Sequence record: SRR22947727_2782
Reading direction: 5' to 3' (one strand)
Length of the DNA stretch: 33,074 nt
Shown one piece after another: positions 16,941 to 26,864 of this stretch. Under the pieces are notes generated by a model. It did no database searches. It was not told the DNA's origin and saw only the letters and a program-made list of their open reading frames with translations. How positions within the stretch are numbered: the first letter of the stretch is position 1; each line of letters starts with the position of its first letter. The position numbers were made by a program, and so were the translations under genes.

Positions 16941-18005
16941 TCAGCTGAGCAACTCCTGCAGGCGTTGCTCAGCCTCCGGATCTAAGACAACAGGTTCGGC
17001 TTGATACGCCCTGCCCTTGGCAATGCGAGCCGCAATCGCCTCGCGCGCAAAGTCCCAGCCTCCAATTTTAAGAGCGCTGTAAATCCGCTGCAGCGTGTTC
17101 AGCGGTGACTGCACCAAGTCGTCGTAAGCGATCTCCACCAGCTGCCCCTTGGGGATCAAATGCCGCGACCGAGCAAAGGCCTCTTGCAATTGGTCATGGG
17201 CCGCCGCTGTTTCCTCTACTTGCCGCAGGCTGGATGGAGGCTCTTGCAGGCCTACCAATTGAGCTAACCGCTGCTTGACCTGCGCAAGCGAACGAATCGA
17301 ATCGATCGGCCACCGGTACAGATAGACAAACCGGGCCCGCGGAAACAGACGCAGTAGCAAAGCAACCCGTGCGGTGTGCGCAGAATTTTTGATCACCAGG
17401 TGGTTTTTACCAGCTCCCTCATGCAACCAGGTAAGGCGAGTGAAATGAAGCAACGTCTGCTCAAACTCGGGCGTGCTGTTGAGCACAGCGCGGCGGAAAT
17501 GCGTTGGGTAGTGCTGAGGAAAAGCAATGCCCGCCATGTTGGTGTCCATGGTGAGCCGGGCCAACCCCACCTCGTCTTCCTGGGGATCCTCTGCTCCCCA
17601 GGGCACAGCATCGATGGGGCGATGCTGTGTCATCCCCCACTTCAACAGGGGCTTGAGCAGCGGTTTCAGCACCAAGGCGGCCTGCGGCGCAATCGTGAAG
17701 TGGTTGCGAGCGGTGGCGGCAGCTGGATCAGCCGCCAACAGCTGGTGCAGATAGGTGGTGCCGCTGCGCCAGTGACCAATCACCACCACTGGGTTATCAG
17801 GGCAGGCGCAAGCCTGAATCCTGCGCCCATTGATCAGGGCTTGCAGCCAGGCAAACGGCTCGACCGCCAAGCCGCTGGCCGTAAGCAACAACGCAACGGG
17901 AAAACGCCTTGGGGACACAGATCCATGCCTTAACCCAGCAAGCAGAGTGGTGGGGCGAATGCATCCCCCAGCGACCAGCACATCGAAAAGGCGAGACACA
18001 GACAT
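16941..18005 (-). CDS. Sulfotransferase family protein (Sulfotransfer_3-like)
   Basis: VIGHWRSGTTYLHQLL, PQEDE, VIKNSAHTAR, FPRARFVYLYRWPIDSIRS and IAYDDLV. Confidence 0.85.
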   Translation of the reverse strand: MSVSRLFDVLVAGGCIRPTTLLAGLRHGSVSPRRFPVALLLTASGLAVEPFAWLQALINGRRIQACACPDNPVVVIGHWRSGTTYLHQLLAADPAAATARNHFTIAPQAALVLKPLLKPLLKWGMTQHRPIDAVPWGAEDPQEDEVGLARLTMDTNMAGIAFPQHYPTHFRRAVLNSTPEFEQTLLHFTRLTWLHEGAGKNHLVIKNSAHTARVALLLRLFPRARFVYLYRWPIDSIRSLAQVKQRLAQLVGLQEPPSSLRQVEETAAAHDQLQEAFARSRHLIPKGQLVEIAYDDLVQSPLNTLQRIYSALKIGGWDFAREAIAARIAKGRAYQAEPVVLDPEAEQRLQELLS

Positions 18006-18154
18006 CACAAACCTAGAAACCCGCAGCCCGCAGGGACAGAATGAAGGCTCATTTCGAAACCGCTATGGTCCCCAACAAAGTACTTAGGGAGTCTTATTGG
18101 CAGTCCTAGCAAAAACTATGCATAATTTGCACTCCAATGCGTAAGGAGCCGAGC

Positions 18155-19183
18155 ATGTTGCAGACGCCAAGCGCAATATCCAGCCAATATTCTGTCCCTC
18201 CCGGCTCATCGCAAAGCATTAGCTGGAGTACCAAATTTAACTCCGCCAGCGAATTAGCCGCTGTGCTCTTAAGGCTTGGCAAACAATTTGATGTTTTACA
18301 GCTGTCTACCGGTCAACTTCAAGGCCACTTCTCTGTTGTTCACCTCAATGATCTCAGCATTTTTAGTATTGAAACCAATCAGCTGCTCTTACTCAACGGC
18401 GAACGCGGACAAGATTGCATAACGTTTAGTTTAGAAACGAGCGGGAACCATTCTGATCACAAAGTTTACTGCCAATCCATTGAAGCCCATTCCCTACATG
18501 GATTCAAACTAGATCTCAACGAAAGCCATTTCCAATTAACAGCAAGCTCAACAACTGTTATCGCCATCACCTCAGCCAAAAAATTCTGTAGATTTCTTGA
18601 ATGCTGCGGAGCGTTTGAATTACGGGATAGTCTCTATACCAGCAATTCATTACAGCTAAATCCAGCACATTATTCTGCAATTGCAAACAATCTTTGCTGG
18701 CATTTAAACAACCCATCTAACAACCCAGAATTGCGTTCACTGCATACAGGAGAGATCTTCGCGCTGATGCTGGAAGCGCTTTCAAGCAGAAACAATCAAT
18801 CCTTCAAGGCATTCGAACTAGCACCACGCCAACAACTGGTTTGCGAATTGATCAGTTGGGGATTCGATAACAGCACAAACCCTCTCAAGCTTGATGATGT
18901 CAGCAACATTCTCTTTAGCTCAAGGCGCACTCTCATACAAGGTTGCAAAGAAAATTTCCAAATGGGACCAATGGAGCTGCTTCGCTTAATCCGCCTCGAG
19001 GAAGTGAACCATTTCCTCAGATCCAAAGAGCTACGCAGGGAATTAAAGCTAAATAAGGTCGGAGAAATTGCAAGTCATTTTGGCTTCTCAAGCCGAGGAC
19101 ATTTTTCAGCTTCCTATCAAAATCACTTTGGCGAATCACCAAGACAAACACTTTCGAAAGCAAACATAAACCATACGATGTAA
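18155..19183 (+). CDS. AraC/XylS family transcriptional regulator
   Basis: C-terminal double HTH: SRRTLIQGCKENFQMGPMELLRLIRLE...VGEIASHFGFSSRGHFSASYQNHFGESPRQTL. The ATG at 18155 is preceded by AAGGAG (alternative start 18137). Confidence 0.9.
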   Translation: MLQTPSAISSQYSVPPGSSQSISWSTKFNSASELAAVLLRLGKQFDVLQLSTGQLQGHFSVVHLNDLSIFSIETNQLLLLNGERGQDCITFSLETSGNHSDHKVYCQSIEAHSLHGFKLDLNESHFQLTASSTTVIAITSAKKFCRFLECCGAFELRDSLYTSNSLQLNPAHYSAIANNLCWHLNNPSNNPELRSLHTGEIFALMLEALSSRNNQSFKAFELAPRQQLVCELISWGFDNSTNPLKLDDVSNILFSSRRTLIQGCKENFQMGPMELLRLIRLEEVNHFLRSKELRRELKLNKVGEIASHFGFSSRGHFSASYQNHFGESPRQTLSKANINHTM

Positions 19184-19241
19184 GCGAAAATAAAGCCGAG
19201 AAAGACGAATCCCTACCCCTTCAAGACACACACTCCCTCGA

Positions 19242-19281
19242 TGCATCAAAATCATTGATGCAGAAAAACCTCGGTTATAAT
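19242..19281 (+). promoter_or_regulatory. Inverted repeat and putative -10 box upstream of the second AraC gene
   Basis: Perfect 8-bp inverted repeat TGCATCAA-N5-TTGATGCA (19242-19262), then TATAAT at 19276-19281 ahead of the GTG at 19303. Confidence 0.45.
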
Positions 19282-19302
19282 GAAGAGGTCTAAGTAACGA
19301 TC

Positions 19303-20329
19303 GTGTCTGACAGAATCATCAGCTCACCTCATCTAGGAGCCTTATCACAACCATCAAAAGGTGATCAGGTTGATCAGCACATAACAACTGGATTTCACTC
19401 TGCAAGCGAACTGAAGCAGCTGTTCATGCTGATCGGAAAATCCTTTGACGTGATTCAACAGCCGAGGTGCACTGCATGGACAGTTCAGCCTGACAGAAAT
19501 AGGCAGTATGGTCCTGCTAGAAATCCGCATCAATCAACGCCTACTCCTGAATGGAGATAGAGGAGCCGATTGCATGAGTTTTTGTTTTGAAGCCACAGGA
19601 CTGGCCGATGAACACCTGATGTACAACAAACCGATTGCGCCCTATTCCCTCAATGGGTTTCGCCAAGGGCAGAAAGAATCTCATTTCCAGCTCACAGCGA
19701 ATACAACCACTTATCTCATCATTCTCTCTATCAGCCGTTTCAATGCTTTCATTTCTTACTGCGAACGAGAAGATCTAATTGAACAACTCGAAGCCAGCAA
19801 TGCATTGCAGATCACCCCTAGGATGCATGCACATTTTCGAAAAACATGTCAGAGGCTTCTCGTTAAACCAGCGTTAACATCAGAAAAAAACCGGCAAATA
19901 ACAAATCATCTCTACGCAGAATTTGTAAAGTCTATAAGTGATAAGTCCAATATTTCTTACATCCCCCACGCACCATCTCCCCGACAGATCCTCATCAAAG
20001 AATTTGTCAATTTGGCCTTCGAAAACGCTCATGTTGGAAGCAATCTTGATCAAATCAGCGAATCGCTGTTTGCATCAAGGCGAACCCTGATCCAAGGCGC
20101 AAAAGAAGCATTCGGAATGGGGCCGATGGAAATGATGAAACATATACGCCTCGAGCAAGTGAATTGGATCTTGCGATCAACGGAAGCACGGGAAGACGAA
20201 AGGTTTAAAACAATCAGCCAAGTTGCCCAGCATTATGGGTTCCAGAGCCGCGGACATTTCGCCAAGGCCTACCAAAAGCTGTTTGCAGAAACTCCAAGCG
20301 AGACCTGGCTGAAGTCAACGAATCGCTGA
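19303..20329 (+). pseudogene. Second AraC-family regulator, split by a frameshift near 19459
   Basis: The frame from 19303 gives FHSASELKQLFMLIGKSFDVIQ, matching the paralog's FNSASELAAVLLRLGKQFDVLQ. Homology continues in the 19508 frame from 19460 (SRGALHGQFSL...NQRLLLNGDRG vs STGQLQGHFSV...NQLLLLNGERG). The HTH is intact. Confidence 0.8.
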
Positions 20330-20438
20330 TCGTTGCCAAAGATCCCATTCGGGCAGGTTTGAGTTCCCGAGCCGAGTCAAAGACTGAACCTGCAGTTAGC
20401 AAGTAATGGTCAGCTAACGCACGACTGGTTTCTCATCC

Positions 20439-22757
20439 ATGGGCAACAATCCACACGTCGACGGTTCAATCCTGCCGTTCCCTGCCAAGCCGTCGGGCAG
20501 CAAAGCCGGAACGACGATGCAGGAGTCGACATACAGTCCGCTTCCCGAACCCCAAAGGCTGCCAGACGATGCACCCAATATTCTTGTGGTGCTGATTGAT
20601 GATGCAGGTCCGGCACTGCCGGAGTGCCTTGGCGGCGATATCCATACGCCCACCTTGCAGAACGTAAAAGACGGTGGCGTGGGCTTCAATCGCTTCCACA
20701 CCACAGCAATGTGTTCGCCAACACGCTCATCACTGCTCAGCGGTCGCAACCACACCTTCGTGGGCAATGGCCAAATCTGTGAATTCGCGAACGACTGGGA
20801 CGGTTATTCAGGACGGATTCCAGAAAGTTGTGCACTCCAGGCCGACGTACTACGCAATTACGGCTACTCCACCGGTGCATGGGGCAAGTGGCACAACACA
20901 CCCACCAACCAAACCACGGCTGCAGGTCCCTTTGAGAACTGGCCAACGGGGCTGGGATTCGAATATTTCTACGGATTCCTGGCAGGAGAGGCCTCTCAAT
21001 ACGAGCCGCATCTGGTGCGCAACACCACAGTGGTGTTGCCACCGAAAACGCCAGCGGAGGGTTATCACATCAGTGAAGACCTCGCCGATGACGCCATCAA
21101 CTGGCTTCAAACCCACAAAGCCCTGAGTCCTGACAAGCCCTTCTACATGTACTGGGCTTCAGGAGCCCTGCATGGCCCGCACCATGTAAACAAGGAATGG
21201 GCTGATAAGTACAAAGGCAAGTTTGATGAGGGCTGGGACGCCTACCGCGAGCGTGCCTTCAAGAACGCCAAAGCCAAAGGCTGGATTCCAGAGAACGCCC
21301 AACTCACACCACGCCATCCCAGGATGGCAGCCTGGGATTCCATTCCCGAGCACCAGAAGCCCTTTCAGTCGCGTTTGATGGAAGTGCTGGCAGGCTTTGC
21401 CGAACACACGGATCATCAGGTTGGCCGCATTGTCTCTGAAATTGAACGGCTCGGGTACGAAGAAAACACCCTGGTTGTTTACATCTGGGGCGATAACGGC
21501 TCATCGGGCGAGGGCCAGGACGGCACGATCTCTGAGCTGCTCGCTCAAAACTCCATTGCCACAGAGATCGATGAGCACATCAAAGTGCTCGACGATTTAG
21601 GCGGGCTGGATGCGCTTGGCTCCCCGCTGGTGGACAACATGTATCACGCAGGCTGGGCCTGGGCTGGCAGTACGCCTTATCAAGGCATGAAGCTGATGGC
21701 CTCCTACCTCGGTGGCACTCGCAATCCGATGGCGATCAAGTGGCCAAAGGGCATCAAGCCAGATCCCAAACCTCGGTCGCAGTTCCACCACTGCAACGAT
21801 CTCGTGCCAACGATCTACGAGCTGGTAGGAATCACTCCACCCAAGGTGGTGAATGGCGTTGAACAAGACCCGATTCACGGCACCAGCTTTGCCTATGCCT
21901 TCAACGCACCGGATGCACCGGGTGCACTCAAAACCCAATTCTTCGACATCATGGGGTCTCGATCCATCTACCACAATGGCTGGATGGCTGGAGCCGTGGG
22001 GCCACGCCTGCCTTGGGTGAAGGGCGTCGACCCCGACATCCTCACCTGGTCACCAGACACCGACGTCTGGGAGCTCTACAACCTCGACGAGGATTTCAGT
22101 CAGAGCAAGAATGTTGCCAATGAGCATCCAGAAAAACTGCAGATGCTCAAGAATCTGTTCCTGGTGGAATCGGCGAAATACAAAAACATGCCGATTGGTG
22201 GTGGTCTCTGGACCGTCATCTTCCACCCCGAACTGAAGGTGGCCCCGGAAGCAACATCCTGGGAGTTGCCTGGCACCATTACCCGCATTCCTGAGACCTG
22301 TGCTCCACGTCTTGGTTGCCTAAACAACAAAGTCACGATCGACATGGACATTCCAGAGAATGCCAGTGGAGTGCTTTACAAACTTGGTGCCAATTCAGGT
22401 GGTCTCACCCTGTTCATGGATCAAGGGATCCTCACCTACGAGTACAACCTATTCATCATTGAACGCACCAAGCTGCGCTCTGATCAGCCACTACCCGCTG
22501 GCAGACACAAGCTGGAGGTGGTGACCGAACACACCGACGACAATCCAAGAGGTCCACTAGCGATCAAAGTGTCCCTTGATGGCACACAACTGATGAAAGG
22601 CATTGTGCCAAGAGTGGCAGCGCTGCTGTTCACTGCTAATGACTGCCTGGATGTTGGTCAAGCGCTCGGGTCTCCAGTTTCCCTGGATTACCACGAGCGG
22701 GCACCATTTAAATTCAACGGAACGATTCACACCATGCACGTGGAGTATCTCGAATAG
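20439..22757 (+). CDS. Arylsulfatase (formylglycine-dependent, Cys-type)
   Basis: PNILVVLIDD, CSPTRSSLLSGR (CxPxR), GKWH, HGPHH and GDNG. No signal peptide; an in-frame TAA at 20415 rules out a long N-terminal extension. Confidence 0.95.
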   Translation: MGNNPHVDGSILPFPAKPSGSKAGTTMQESTYSPLPEPQRLPDDAPNILVVLIDDAGPALPECLGGDIHTPTLQNVKDGGVGFNRFHTTAMCSPTRSSLLSGRNHTFVGNGQICEFANDWDGYSGRIPESCALQADVLRNYGYSTGAWGKWHNTPTNQTTAAGPFENWPTGLGFEYFYGFLAGEASQYEPHLVRNTTVVLPPKTPAEGYHISEDLADDAINWLQTHKALSPDKPFYMYWASGALHGPHHVNKEWADKYKGKFDEGWDAYRERAFKNAKAKGWIPENAQLTPRHPRMAAWDSIPEHQKPFQSRLMEVLAGFAEHTDHQVGRIVSEIERLGYEENTLVVYIWGDNGSSGEGQDGTISELLAQNSIATEIDEHIKVLDDLGGLDALGSPLVDNMYHAGWAWAGSTPYQGMKLMASYLGGTRNPMAIKWPKGIKPDPKPRSQFHHCNDLVPTIYELVGITPPKVVNGVEQDPIHGTSFAYAFNAPDAPGALKTQFFDIMGSRSIYHNGWMAGAVGPRLPWVKGVDPDILTWSPDTDVWELYNLDEDFSQSKNVANEHPEKLQMLKNLFLVESAKYKNMPIGGGLWTVIFHPELKVAPEATSWELPGTITRIPETCAPRLGCLNNKVTIDMDIPENASGVLYKLGANSGGLTLFMDQGILTYEYNLFIIERTKLRSDQPLPAGRHKLEVVTEHTDDNPRGPLAIKVSLDGTQLMKGIVPRVAALLFTANDCLDVGQALGSPVSLDYHERAPFKFNGTIHTMHVEYLE

Positions 22758-22803
22758 AGAAACCAAGCCAACACAAATGCAGCATGTCTTTGAGCAGATC
22801 TCT

Positions 22804-23163
22804 TTAAGAGGTCTGCTCTTTTTCTTTGAGTTCCAAACTCAGAAAGTAATTCAGGAATGTACGCACCAACGCTACTGCTCCAAGCTGAATCAAAGCAGAA
22901 GCTTCACGGCTAATGGTGGTCTGCACCACATCAGCACCAAGCTGAAATTCAAGAGCCAAGGCAATCCATCCGCCAAATGTCAAACGAGCGGAAGTTAACG
23001 GCCCTCGTTGCAAGAGTCGAGGTGGAATCGCTCGTAAACGGAGTGGACCAGCAGGGCTAAAAACTGCAACCAAGCCAACGGCAACCGATAGCACCGAAAG
23101 GATCTCAAGCAACAAGCGCAATCCCTCCGCAGTGTGTGTCAGAAGATGCTCAACCCATTCCAT
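22804..23163 (-). CDS. DUF1622 family membrane protein
   Basis: ARLTFGGWIALALEFQLGADVVQT...LGAVALVRTFLNYFL. Confidence 0.85.
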   Translation of the reverse strand: MEWVEHLLTHTAEGLRLLLEILSVLSVAVGLVAVFSPAGPLRLRAIPPRLLQRGPLTSARLTFGGWIALALEFQLGADVVQTTISREASALIQLGAVALVRTFLNYFLSLELKEKEQTS

Positions 23164-23311
23164 CCGTCATCCACGCAAGGTCTCAAACAATTGTGATCTC
23201 GAAACATGAAAATAAACAAACCATTTGCAGCAACATGCAGAATTCGGCACAAACGGGATCATTGATTAAGGCCCGAATTGGAAATGGTTTCTAATCTTGC
23301 AATAGAGGTAA

Positions 23312-23707
23312 ATGATGTCAGCAGAGATGTCCAATACCAGCACGGAATTGGCCAAAACACGCAACCGAGCTGCCGCAGAGCGCACCACCCTGGCTTGGAT
23401 CCGCACGGCCCTCGCACTGATCAGTTTCGGATTCGGGCTGGACAAGATCATCAGTGCGATCCGGGATGCAGGAGGCAACGGAAACGCAAGTCAAGACATT
23501 GGCGTGCAACTGATGTCGATGGGATTCATCGGAGTGGGGATCTTCACATTGCTGATTGCCATGCGCCAACACAAACGTGAACTCATTCGGCTACGCAGCG
23601 ACCCCTACCTCTACCGAGACGAGCCTTCTCTTTCAATTGCCACAGCAACAGCTGTTTTGGTAATCGGAGTATTGGCATTCTCATTGCTGCTTTCGGGATT
23701 GATCTGA
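23312..23707 (+). CDS. DUF202 / YidH family inner-membrane protein
   Basis: ELAKTRNRAAAERTTLAWIRTALALISFGF and three hydrophobic helices. Confidence 0.88.
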   Translation: MMSAEMSNTSTELAKTRNRAAAERTTLAWIRTALALISFGFGLDKIISAIRDAGGNGNASQDIGVQLMSMGFIGVGIFTLLIAMRQHKRELIRLRSDPYLYRDEPSLSIATATAVLVIGVLAFSLLLSGLI

Positions 23708-23752
23708 GCCAGTCACCATTCCCCCTATACCAAAACATCTTCCCCTATTCCG

Positions 23753-24607
23753 ATGTCACTCCTGATTTCACTGGTCCTCTTTTTCATCATGGTGTCACTG
23801 GGCCTCAACCTGCCCAGCCTGCAATTCGGGCTTCTCAAGCGCAGGCCTGCTTTGCTCATTCGCGTGTTGCTTGCCACCTGCGTTGCCATGCCAATCGCAG
23901 CACTTCTGCTATTGCAATCTCCTCTGGGAGATAGTCTTTCGCCTGCGATCAAAACAGCAGTGATGCTGATGGCAATCTGCCCAAGCGCTCCCATGATTGC
24001 CTTGAAGAGCAGAAAACTAGCGGAGAACCCTGAATTAGCAACAAGGCTGCAATTTTGGACAGCTTGCGCAGCCATCATCAGCGTCCCGCTTTGGGTCAGT
24101 CGGCTGCCAAGCGAAGCAGGTGAAACCGTGTGGAATATCCCAAGTCAAGACGTTGCCTTCCAGATCTTGACCGTGCAGTTGATTCCACTCCTGGTGGGAG
24201 TGTCACTCCGACGATGGCGAAGTGAGTGGGCCGAACGCTGGAATTCACTGGTTCAAAAAATAGCAACTGCGCTGTTATTAGCCCTCTTGGTCTTAATCCT
24301 GATCGTGGCATTACCACAAGCAGCGCCGATGCTGATCGGCAACCTCAAAGGTGCCTTATTAATGCTGATCCTCACCTGGATCGCACTCGCTCTAGGGTTT
24401 GCGATTGCGGGCGAGGATAGTGTCGAGCGCAGCACTGTTCCGCTGGTTCTTTCCATGCGCAATCCAGGCCTGGCATTGTTGATCGTTCAACAGATGGCAC
24501 CCGGCGCGATGGACATTAAGGCTGCTGTCGTGGGCTACGTCGTGATCACAGCAATCGGATCTACACCATTCATGAAATGGCGCAAAAAAACAACATCACA
24601 GGCTTAA
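23753..24607 (+). CDS. Bile acid:sodium symporter (BASS) family transporter
   Basis: IMVSLGLNL, AICPSAP, QLIPLLVGV and SMRNPGLALL; polytopic membrane protein. Confidence 0.82.
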   Translation: MSLLISLVLFFIMVSLGLNLPSLQFGLLKRRPALLIRVLLATCVAMPIAALLLLQSPLGDSLSPAIKTAVMLMAICPSAPMIALKSRKLAENPELATRLQFWTACAAIISVPLWVSRLPSEAGETVWNIPSQDVAFQILTVQLIPLLVGVSLRRWRSEWAERWNSLVQKIATALLLALLVLILIVALPQAAPMLIGNLKGALLMLILTWIALALGFAIAGEDSVERSTVPLVLSMRNPGLALLIVQQMAPGAMDIKAAVVGYVVITAIGSTPFMKWRKKTTSQA

Positions 24608-24634
24608 TGCGTCGAAAACAACGAAATCACACCC

Positions 24635-25240
24635 ATGCAAAACGATCCAATCAATGAAACCCCGCTCAAGTTAAAGCCCCGTAGAGGATCCGACTTGAGC
24701 GCTTTACTTATTTCCGCTGCGATCGGCTATTTTATCACACTTACAGCATCATTATTTGCAGGCTTAGTCATAAGCTGCCTTTTGCTAATTTTGCTGAGCA
24801 GACTGCGAAATCGCTTGCATCAACCTTTGCTCTGGTGGTCTGGGATCGGACTCTGCAGCGGAAGTTTCCTAGGAACAGCATCATCAATGGTGAACAATAT
24901 TCAACAACAAGGGGCTGCACCAGCGAATACGGCCTTAGAACGCTTTCTCTTTATTGTTGTCTTAGGCATCACTGGCTTTTTTTCAGGCTCTCGGGTCGGC
25001 ATCAACCCTGATGCTGTTGAAGGACGATCGATCGGAGAATTATTGCGCACGCTCAGTGGAACATTTACCGGTGTCTTCGGTGTCTTAGTTGGCATCGCCT
25101 TTGTATTGGGCGGCCTGGAAGAAGCACGAACGCTCTCAAGCCGGCTCACAGCCTCACTCACCATCATCGTTCTTGGCTTATTAGGCCCTGGATGGATCAG
25201 TCACCAGCTCAGAATCTACCAACGCAATCACTCGCATTAA
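24635..25240 (+). CDS. Hypothetical membrane protein
   Basis: 201-aa ORF with 5-6 hydrophobic segments, co-oriented with and 27 nt after the BASS gene. Confidence 0.65.
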   Translation: MQNDPINETPLKLKPRRGSDLSALLISAAIGYFITLTASLFAGLVISCLLLILLSRLRNRLHQPLLWWSGIGLCSGSFLGTASSMVNNIQQQGAAPANTALERFLFIVVLGITGFFSGSRVGINPDAVEGRSIGELLRTLSGTFTGVFGVLVGIAFVLGGLEEARTLSSRLTASLTIIVLGLLGPGWISHQLRIYQRNHSH

Positions 25241-25304
25241 GCCAATCAACACACCAAAAGGAAACACCACTGCTAGGCAATCAGTAATCCATTCAATCAA
25301 GAGT

Positions 25305-26864
25305 TCACGACCTCAAGCTGATCGGATCAGGATCTGCATCCAGCCAACTCTTGCCATCGCGGCACGACACCAAAGGCGTTAAACGGATGGTGAGGGGGCG
25401 CCCCTCTGCAACGTCGACACGCAAACCGCTGTAGCCATCGCGTCCCCCTGAATCAGTCGAATTTCGCCCAATAAACAGCTCGCTCGTTGCCACCACTCTG
25501 GTCTTTCCATCCACTGTTTGCTCCATGAGCTCAGCACCTTCCCGCCGCTGAGCTCGCAATCCATAGCCACTGCCGCCGCAAATCACCCAGTTGATGTGGC
25601 TGTCTGCATGTCCTGTGTCATGGGTGCGAAGCACCTCCAGGCAATGGGCATGCCCACTGAGCACAAGATCAACGGGTTTGGCCGATCCGAGCTCCTCCCC
25701 GAGGGCTCTCACAACAGCATCGAAAACAGCGCGCAATTGCCTGCGAATCGCATGCGTATCGGCCTGGTTGCATTTTGTTTTCTCGGTGACATAGGCCGGG
25801 TGATGCATCGTCAAAATCCTGCCCCTCACCGCTGGATCGCGATGGGATGTGATTAACCCCTCCTTGAGCCATTCCAGTTGCTCATGATCAACTAGCGCTG
25901 CTTGATTGGTCTGATTGATTTGCTTGATTTGACGTTGAAGATCGAAGCATTCCTCCTGGAGTGTTTCCAACGCATCAAACAGATCATCTCGGTGGGTTTC
26001 ATCGAGGTTGCTACTCGCCAATGTTTTGTAGAGAGTGGTTCGACGTTCTTCAAGACTGCGCAAATCTCTCCGCAGGTTGCAAAGATTGTTCGTTGGTTTT
26101 TCGGGCGACATTAGAGTGTTCGAATCGATCGCGAACACATCAACACCAGCCTGTCGGAAACGAAAATAACGATTGGGGAGACGCGTATTCACACCAGGCC
26201 GGTATCGCAAACATCGCTGTCCATCCCAAACAGCGTCGTAATGCAACTCGAGATGGTCTTGAAGCCGGGCTGGGGGGATTTGATTCAGAACATCCAAAAA
26301 CACGCGGGCATAGGCCTCACCCTGCTTTGAACCCCGCCAGCCGGCATCGACATCATCAAACCATTGCAAATAGCGGCGCAACGGAAGGGTGAGACCTGCG
26401 AGCAAGGCAACAGGCCATGAAAGGTCGTAGTAGTCGTGATTACCAGGAACTGGCAGAAATGGTTGATTAAAGACCAAGCCTTCAGGGCTCATGCTTTTCC
26501 AAGCGTTGCCGTGATCAAGCCATTCCCGGTAGGGCCTTAGAAAGTTGGCGCGGTACTGATCCAAAGCGCCAACCAGATAAACCACATCTCCGGTGTGCAG
26601 CAGAAAAGCGGCTTCCGCTTTATGCGGTAATAAGCGTTCAGCAATCCGACGGGGAGGGCTCTGAAAGCGATGACGGCCGGTGCCACTGTCACCCAGAACC
26701 AAGAAGTGAAAGGCATCGTCGCTCCCAGGGTTGTCATTCCCCTGGTCAATCACGAGTCGGGTCTGATCAATCCCTTGGCGAATCAGCTCTGGATGCTTCC
26801 AGCGCACGCGAGCTGCCATCTTGCTGATCTTCCGCTGGATGCTGGGATCACTGGCGAAGTTCAA
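25305..26864 (-). CDS. Calcineurin-like metallophosphoesterase with coiled-coil insertion
   Basis: LGDSG, HTGDVVY, PGNHDYY, MHHP and LSGHAH. TTGA overlap with the upstream gene; start uncertain. Confidence 0.88.
   Translation of the reverse strand: MNFASDPSIQRKISKMAARVRWKHPELIRQGIDQTRLVIDQGNDNPGSDDAFHFLVLGDSGTGRHRFQSPPRRIAERLLPHKAEAAFLLHTGDVVYLVGALDQYRANFLRPYREWLDHGNAWKSMSPEGLVFNQPFLPVPGNHDYYDLSWPVALLAGLTLPLRRYLQWFDDVDAGWRGSKQGEAYARVFLDVLNQIPPARLQDHLELHYDAVWDGQRCLRYRPGVNTRLPNRYFRFRQAGVDVFAIDSNTLMSPEKPTNNLCNLRRDLRSLEERRTTLYKTLASSNLDETHRDDLFDALETLQEECFDLQRQIKQINQTNQAALVDHEQLEWLKEGLITSHRDPAVRGRILTMHHPAYVTEKTKCNQADTHAIRRQLRAVFDAVVRALGEELGSAKPVDLVLSGHAHCLEVLRTHDTGHADSHINWVICGGSGYGLRAQRREGAELMEQTVDGKTRVVATSELFIGRNSTDSGGRDGYSGLRVDVAEGRPLTIRLTPLVSCRDGKSWLDADPDPISLRS

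Noticed and set aside
19303-19560. 85-aa independent small protein, or a programmed frameshift
   Set aside because: It is the N-terminus of the split AraC gene, and no slippery sequence is present at the break.
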